Below, piece by piece: positions 59,167 through 64,000 of a DNA stretch of 64,000 nt; position 1 is the stretch's first letter; every line of letters begins with the position of its first letter. The notes below the pieces were generated by a model. That model saw only the letters and a program-made list of their open reading frames with translations, ran no database searches and was not told the DNA's origin. A program made the position numbers and the translations under genes. Source of the DNA: Candidatus Kerfeldbacteria bacterium (GTDB taxonomy: Bacteria > Patescibacteriota > Patescibacteriia > SBBC01 > CAIJZX01); assembly GCA_016193315.1 (NCBI GenBank), contig JACPSJ010000001.1:155981-219980 (forward strand). Direction: 5' to 3'.

Positions 59167-59811
59167 ATGGCCAACAAGCGGAAGCGCGTCACCGTCCGGT
59201 GCGTCGGGATCGAGCCGATCCTCTTCAACGCCATTCCCGAAGGCCTGCTCATGGACCTGCTGAAGGGCAAGAGCCGGCCGAAGGTGAAGGGCGACGACGT
59301 CGACCTCGACAAGATCTGCGAGGACAAGCTCTACGTCGACGACGACGGCACGCCGTGCATCCCGCGGCTGAACATGTTCGCCGCCCTGAAGTACGCCGGC
59401 AAGTTCGTCAAGGCCGGCAAGAAGAACATCACCGGTGGTGACTCGACCCAGCTGCCGTCGATCCTGACGGTCGAGGGAACGCTGTTCCGTCTCGACAACG
59501 GGACGGCGAACGGCAAGCCGGAGTGGAAGATGGATCTCCGCGCCGGCCGTCACCGCCAGGGCACCTCGAAGGTCATGGTCGCCCTCGTTCGGCCCCGCTT
59601 CGACCGCTGGGGCTTCACCGCCACGGTCTCCTGCGCCGACGACGACGCCACGATCAAGACGGTCAAGCAGCTGTTCTGGGAGGCCGGCGACAAGGCTGGT
59701 CTCGGCGACTACCGCCCCTCGTCGGGCGGCTTCTACGGCCGCTTCCGGCCGGTGGGCTTCACCGTCGAGGACATGGTCGAGGAGACCGAGTTCGCGGCGG
59801 CCGTGGCCTAG
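59167..59811 (+). CDS. Basic ~214-aa protein, paralog A (array-associated); C-terminal glycine-rich loop GLGDYRPSSGGFYGRF reminiscent of RAMP (Cas5/Cas6-type) G-rich loops - tentative
   Basis: ATG 59167 after AAAGGGG; driven by last array promoter (TTGACA 59050); N-terminus RKRVTVRCVGIEPILFN shared with paralog B. Confidence 0.55.
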   Translation: MANKRKRVTVRCVGIEPILFNAIPEGLLMDLLKGKSRPKVKGDDVDLDKICEDKLYVDDDGTPCIPRLNMFAALKYAGKFVKAGKKNITGGDSTQLPSILTVEGTLFRLDNGTANGKPEWKMDLRAGRHRQGTSKVMVALVRPRFDRWGFTATVSCADDDATIKTVKQLFWEAGDKAGLGDYRPSSGGFYGRFRPVGFTVEDMVEETEFAAAVA

Positions 59812-59893
59812 CCGCTGTACGGTCGTTTCCTTTCGGGACGGCGGGACGCGAAGCGTCCCGCCGCCGCTTCACCTACGGATCGGAGGAACTGCC

Positions 59894-60532
59894 ATGCTGC
59901 GGATTCACGTCCGATGTGTCGGCCTCGCCCCGCTATTGATGAACCGGCCCGACCAGCAAGCGCTGGTCGAGTGCGTCGCCGGCAACGGCCGCTCGTCCCG
60001 TTCGGACCAGGAGGTCTTCGAGTCGAAGATCTACCGGGCGCCGGACGGACGGATCGCCCTGCCGCGGCCGATGCTCCTGGCCGTGCTGAAGAACGCCGGT
60101 CGCGAGGTCAAGCTCGGTCGCCAGAAGGTGACCACCCCCGAATCGACGCTGCTCAGCAGCCTGCTGAGCATCAAGGAGGAGTATCTCACCCTCGACGGCG
60201 GCCGGCCTGGTTCGGAGCCGCTGGTCGAGCGGGATTCCCGTCGGGCCATCCAGCGGCAGGGTCGGAAGCAGGAGCGGGTGCGGGCCGTCCGCCCGAAGAT
60301 CAAGCGGTGGGGATTCGAGGTGACGCTCTGCGTCAGTTCGCCCTCCCAGGCGCGGATCGCCCGCCAGCTGTTCGATGTCGCCGGGGCCGAGGGCTACCTC
60401 GGCGATTTCCATCCATCGTCCAAGTTTCGCAAGAAGCTCAAGGCGAACGGCTGGAAGGCTCCGTTCAATCGGTTCGCCGTGACCGAATGGGCGGTCGAGG
60501 CGGTGCTCGAGGAAGCGATGGCAGCGGTGTAG
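59894..60532 (+). CDS. Basic ~212-aa protein, paralog B (N-terminus MLRIHVRCVGLAPLLMN; shared motifs K(I/L)Y..DG, RWGF..T)
   Basis: ATG 59894 after GGAGG; ~25-30% identity to paralog A by eye. Confidence 0.55.
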   Translation: MLRIHVRCVGLAPLLMNRPDQQALVECVAGNGRSSRSDQEVFESKIYRAPDGRIALPRPMLLAVLKNAGREVKLGRQKVTTPESTLLSSLLSIKEEYLTLDGGRPGSEPLVERDSRRAIQRQGRKQERVRAVRPKIKRWGFEVTLCVSSPSQARIARQLFDVAGAEGYLGDFHPSSKFRKKLKANGWKAPFNRFAVTEWAVEAVLEEAMAAV

Positions 60533-60747
60533 ATCTGGTATTCTCGACGGCGCCGTTCTGATCAGGCCTGTCAGGGACCCGATCGCCACAACTACATGAT
60601 GTGTCCTTTGGAGCGTCAGGAGAAATTCCTGGCGCTTTCTTTTTCGCCACAACAACTTGACAGCGAGCGTCTTTTCTGCTAGGCTGCTCGGTTGGTTAGC
60701 TGTCTTGTCGCTTGTCGTCACCGTCTCTCACAGCTACGGAGGCTTCC

Positions 60748-61071
60748 ATGTACATTCCCAAGCGAATTCTGCTCATGGTCGTGCTAGCGTTGGTGCTAGT
60801 GGGTACCACGGCCTTCACCCGTGTGCGACGCGCGACTACGGTCCCGAATGTGGAGATAATCTCCCTCGGGCTGAACGCCACGTTCGCCGACGGGAAGCCG
60901 ATTACCAAGCCGATCCGACTGGCTCTCCACCGCGTCGGCACGAAGCATCTCGGCGCACAGTACGTGGTGGTGACCGGGCAGCCCGACAGGAATGGCTTTA
61001 TGACTGTTACCGCCAAGGTCCCGGTTGACCCGAAGTTTCAACCGTTGGTGCGGCTGGCGCTTCAGAGATAA
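60748..61071 (+). CDS. Small secreted/membrane-anchored protein (signal peptide)
   Basis: ATG 60748 after GGAGG; preceded by a degenerate array-type tail+promoter (TCCTTTGG-hairpin-TTTTT..CTTGACA-17-TAGGCT at ~60595-60680). Confidence 0.45.
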   Translation: MYIPKRILLMVVLALVLVGTTAFTRVRRATTVPNVEIISLGLNATFADGKPITKPIRLALHRVGTKHLGAQYVVVTGQPDRNGFMTVTAKVPVDPKFQPLVRLALQR

Positions 61072-61081
61072 TGGAGGAATC

Positions 61082-61462
61082 GTGGACCACCCAACCTATA
61101 TTTATCTTCAGCCCGGCGAGCAAAACGAGCCGCGGCGAAGGCAGCTGGAAGCCAAGCTCGAGGCCTACCGGCGTCGGGTGGCCGAAGCCGGCGACAGTCC
61201 AAGCGGAGGCGTCGAACCGTTCTGGTTTTGGAACGACCGGGCCAAGCTGATCATCCTCGAGCGGTTGCTCAGAGACGGGCGGGTCGATCGGACCGAGCTG
61301 CATCGGGAACTCTGGCTCAATCATGCTACGAACCCGATCGTCAGATACTCGCACTGGCAGTACGGCAACCCCTTCCACACCGCCTTCGACGTGATATTCG
61401 ACTACGTTGAAACCGGCGGCGCGAACGTCATGGGAGGTTCTGGCCTGCCATCACCCCAGTGA
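61082..61462 (+). CDS. Hypothetical protein (~126 aa)
   Basis: GTG 61082 after GGAGG; Trp/aromatic-rich C-terminal half. Confidence 0.4.
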   Translation: MDHPTYIYLQPGEQNEPRRRQLEAKLEAYRRRVAEAGDSPSGGVEPFWFWNDRAKLIILERLLRDGRVDRTELHRELWLNHATNPIVRYSHWQYGNPFHTAFDVIFDYVETGGANVMGGSGLPSPQ

Positions 61463-61592
61463 GCTCCGTCAGAATGCTCCTTTGCCCCAAAGCTTTGCCA
61501 GTTGTCCCGCACAACTGGTTTTTTTCAACCAGCGATCTTTGACTTTTCTCCAGGGTTGTGCTATAGTAGTAAGAGAAAACAGAAAAAACCCC

Positions 61593-64000
61593 GTGGTGGA
61601 AGCAACAGACAAAAAGGAAAACACCCACCAGCGACACCGTCGGCATCTTCATATCCACATCGCCTGGACGACCGCGGCCTTGATTTTTTTTGGTTTGGGA
61701 GTTTTTCTTTCACTTCGGACGGAAGAGTTGCCGCGGGTGGAACGGCCGGCCGTGGTTCGGGCTGGCGAAAGCGGAACCGCCGCCTCAAACGAGTTGAGCA
61801 GTAGCTGCATTTTAACCCGAGCCGATTACGACGCCGACGGTCAGATTACCGAAACGGACGTCCAGCGGTACCTGAAGTATCGAGCGGCCCGAAGCACCGG
61901 TGCCGACCTCAATGCAGACGGGGCGAACGGAGACCTCCGCGACGACGCCTGCATGGAAGCCTTCTACTCGGCGGGCAAGCTGTGGCCGCAGATCGTGTCG
62001 CCTTCAGCCGGAGCCGAATTGCACGGCGTCGTGCCGCTCATCGCCGAGTCGTCAATTTTTCAAACCTTGGAGCGGTTGACGCTACGTTTCACCACCCCGG
62101 AGGGCACGACCTATGCCCGTGATTACCAAGTCAGCACGGTTCTCAATCCGGAGAATCACGAGGCGGTAGTTATTCCTTTCGACAGTTTAGCCATGGCCAA
62201 CGGCCGGGTGACGATCACCATCTGCCCGACCGGCGGAACGACCACGGAGTGCGCGCGACCGGTGGAGTACGTGGTTAAGAACACGGCCAAGATCCACGAA
62301 CCATCGTCCCAGGCCACCATCAGTGGCCAGCGGGCTAAATTCAGTGCGACCATCAGTGGGATTGTCACCTATGCCCGGTTTGAGATTCGTGCCACCTCCG
62401 GCGGTAGCTGCGGCGGCCAGTCGGCATTCTCCCTAACCACCTCAAAAGTCGACGGCAGCGGACGCCCATATTTCTACCTTGACACCACCGGCTGCACGAA
62501 CGGGGTCTACCTGGCTCGCCTGTCGTACCTGCCGATCTGGCAGACCTTCTATACGGCCGCCGGGAAATCCCCGGTGGCGGAAACTACCTTCACTGTCGCC
62601 AATGCGGTGACCACCACGAATAGTGCCAGTGATGCTGAAGAAGAATCAACCGCGGATACCACCAACACCTCCAATGCGTCCGACGGCAGTTCAACAACCA
62701 CTGACGAAGGAACAACCTCGACTGACGACAGCCAGCTCATTCACGACGACGATCAGCCAGACAACTCGACGACCACCACGCAGGCTTCCGACCTCACCGT
62801 CCCGGACATCACCAAGCCGAAAGCCAACACCAACCTCTACGAACTCAAGGCGGTCACCGGCCGGGTCAGCCGCGCTGACCGGGTCGGCTTGATCCTGAAA
62901 TACCACTCCGGTCTTGATAGCAGCGGGTGCAGTCTCAGCGGCGGCGACTACGTCATTCAGGAGCAGTCGGTGCCGATCGCTTCGGACGGAACATTCCGTC
63001 TCCCGGTACCGAAGGCGCTCAAGCCCGGGGTGTACGCCCTGGCCAGCGCGGCGTTTGACGACGGCCGCAGCGGCCCGACGAGAAGCCTCTGCTTCCGGGT
63101 ACTGAATCCATTGGTCAAATTAGCGACCGCCGATCAGGAACGCTTGTCAGGGAACGGTCGCCTCGACGCCTACGCCATCGGGCCGGTGAGCGCCGTGGAG
63201 TTCTATGCCGCCCAGGGCGATCTGCCGCCGCTGTTTGTTGGCCGGGCAAGTTCCTCGGTGTCGGGGAACGAGCGACTGTGGACGCTGGCTTTTGACACCC
63301 GCAACTATCAGCCCGGGACGTATCAGGTAACGGCCGAGGCCACCGCCTTGAACGGTGTGACGGTGACCAGCGCAACCATTGCCGTCACCATTGACAACCA
63401 GACGGAAAACGCCCCCCGCTCGAGCCTGACCGTCAGCCCGCCGACCATCGCTGACGAACCAGACGTGCCAGACGAAGTTGATGCCACGGAAGTTGAGCGT
63501 CAAACCGTCGCCACCCAGCCGAAGCCGGCCGCGACTCAGCCGATTGAACATCCTAAGCGAACGGGCACGGCGAACCCTGAGAAACTGAAAGTCCTGACCG
63601 TCGCTAATGTTGACCGAGCGGCGGAGGAAAAGCCGGTCCTCAAACTAACCGGTGTCGGGCCGCCGAACTCGATCGTTACCATCTTTATCTACTCGAATCC
63701 GATCGTCGTCACCACCCGCACCGACGCCAGCGGGAACTGGTCATACTCCCTCGACCGAAACCTGGTTGATGGGCAGCATGAGGTCTACGTCACCATCACC
63801 GACCAGACCGGGAAGATCGTCGAGAAAAGCAACCCGCTTAGTTTCTTCGTGGCTGAAGCGCGCGCGGTGAGTGAAGAAGAGTTCGTCCGGCGGGAAGTAC
63901 CGAGCACGCGACCGAGCGATACGTATCTGTTCCTCTATATCGCCGGCGCCAGCCTGATGGTTACCCTGACGATCCTCGTTTTCTTGCTGCTGAGGTTGAA
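61593..64000 (+). CDS. Large cell-surface protein, 3'-partial at window end: signal-anchor, dockerin-type Ca-binding repeat (DYDADGQITETDVQRY...DLNADGANGDLRDD), multiple Ig-like domains, Thr/Asp-rich linker, terminal hydrophobic anchor
   Basis: Continuous open frame (phase of 62166) from GTG ~61593 to the last base; not in ORF track because no stop inside window; translated by hand. Confidence 0.6.
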   Translation, partial: MVEATDKKENTHQRHRRHLHIHIAWTTAALIFFGLGVFLSLRTEELPRVERPAVVRAGESGTAASNELSSSCILTRADYDADGQITETDVQRYLKYRAARSTGADLNADGANGDLRDDACMEAFYSAGKLWPQIVSPSAGAELHGVVPLIAESSIFQTLERLTLRFTTPEGTTYARDYQVSTVLNPENHEAVVIPFDSLAMANGRVTITICPTGGTTTECARPVEYVVKNTAKIHEPSSQATISGQRAKFSATISGIVTYARFEIRATSGGSCGGQSAFSLTTSKVDGSGRPYFYLDTTGCTNGVYLARLSYLPIWQTFYTAAGKSPVAETTFTVANAVTTTNSASDAEEESTADTTNTSNASDGSSTTTDEGTTSTDDSQLIHDDDQPDNSTTTTQASDLTVPDITKPKANTNLYELKAVTGRVSRADRVGLILKYHSGLDSSGCSLSGGDYVIQEQSVPIASDGTFRLPVPKALKPGVYALASAAFDDGRSGPTRSLCFRVLNPLVKLATADQERLSGNGRLDAYAIGPVSAVEFYAAQGDLPPLFVGRASSSVSGNERLWTLAFDTRNYQPGTYQVTAEATALNGVTVTSATIAVTIDNQTENAPRSSLTVSPPTIADEPDVPDEVDATEVERQTVATQPKPAATQPIEHPKRTGTANPEKLKVLTVANVDRAAEEKPVLKLTGVGPPNSIVTIFIYSNPIVVTTRTDASGNWSYSLDRNLVDGQHEVYVTITDQTGKIVEKSNPLSFFVAEARAVSEEEFVRREVPSTRPSDTYLFLYIAGASLMVTLTILVFLLLRL

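Noticed and set aside
59914-60561. 215-aa alternative-frame ORF overlapping paralog B
   Set aside because: Out-of-frame Arg/Pro/Gly-rich shadow. The 59894 frame has an RBS and is paralogous to the upstream protein.

Overview
GC-rich (~60%) bacterial chromosomal window. Housekeeping and redox operons are interleaved with several accessory blocks. Confident gene calls: ECF sigma/anti-sigma pair, CutA, GTP cyclohydrolase I, SDR, a thiol-disulfide module (ArsR, CcdA, thioredoxin, DUF3179), a second ArsR metal module, a fused G6PD/6PGDH-like protein, DEAD-box helicase, a sensor histidine kinase with two receiver-only proteins, MsrA, PilT, DsbA, PadR, flavodoxin, Fic, a tyrosine phosphatase and a DinG/XPD-type helicase. 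tRNA genes: Arg-TCG (4667), Pro-TGG (6040), His-GTG (48756). Each is flanked by a family of ~150-200-bp tRNA-like structured repeats; a related repeat block sits at 34046-34560.

The most unusual feature is at ~50340-60700. About 47 tandem ~145-bp minigene units run on the + strand. Each unit has a consensus sigma70 promoter (TTGACA-N17-TAnnnT), a variable GC-rich ~70-100-nt body, and a conserved 3' tail (..TCTTTGGG + covarying GC hairpin + T-tract) that abuts the next -35 box. The DinG-like helicase gene sits mid-array as one unit. The array ends in two paralogous ~210-aa basic proteins, one with a C-terminal glycine-rich loop that is possibly RAMP/Cas-like. This is not a canonical CRISPR array. 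It could be a novel sRNA or guide-RNA array, possibly type IV-CRISPR-like; that is a hypothesis.

Other notable blocks: four tandem paralogous secreted proteins with a shared N-terminal module and divergent C-termini, next to a T9SS-sorted protein; two low-GC islands (a HEPN-like protein, Fic, a phosphatase) that look horizontally acquired; and a large dockerin-like Ig-repeat surface protein running off the window end.

Coordinates of starts are +-a few codons; several six-frame track ORFs in GC-rich regions are shadow ORFs and were not called.
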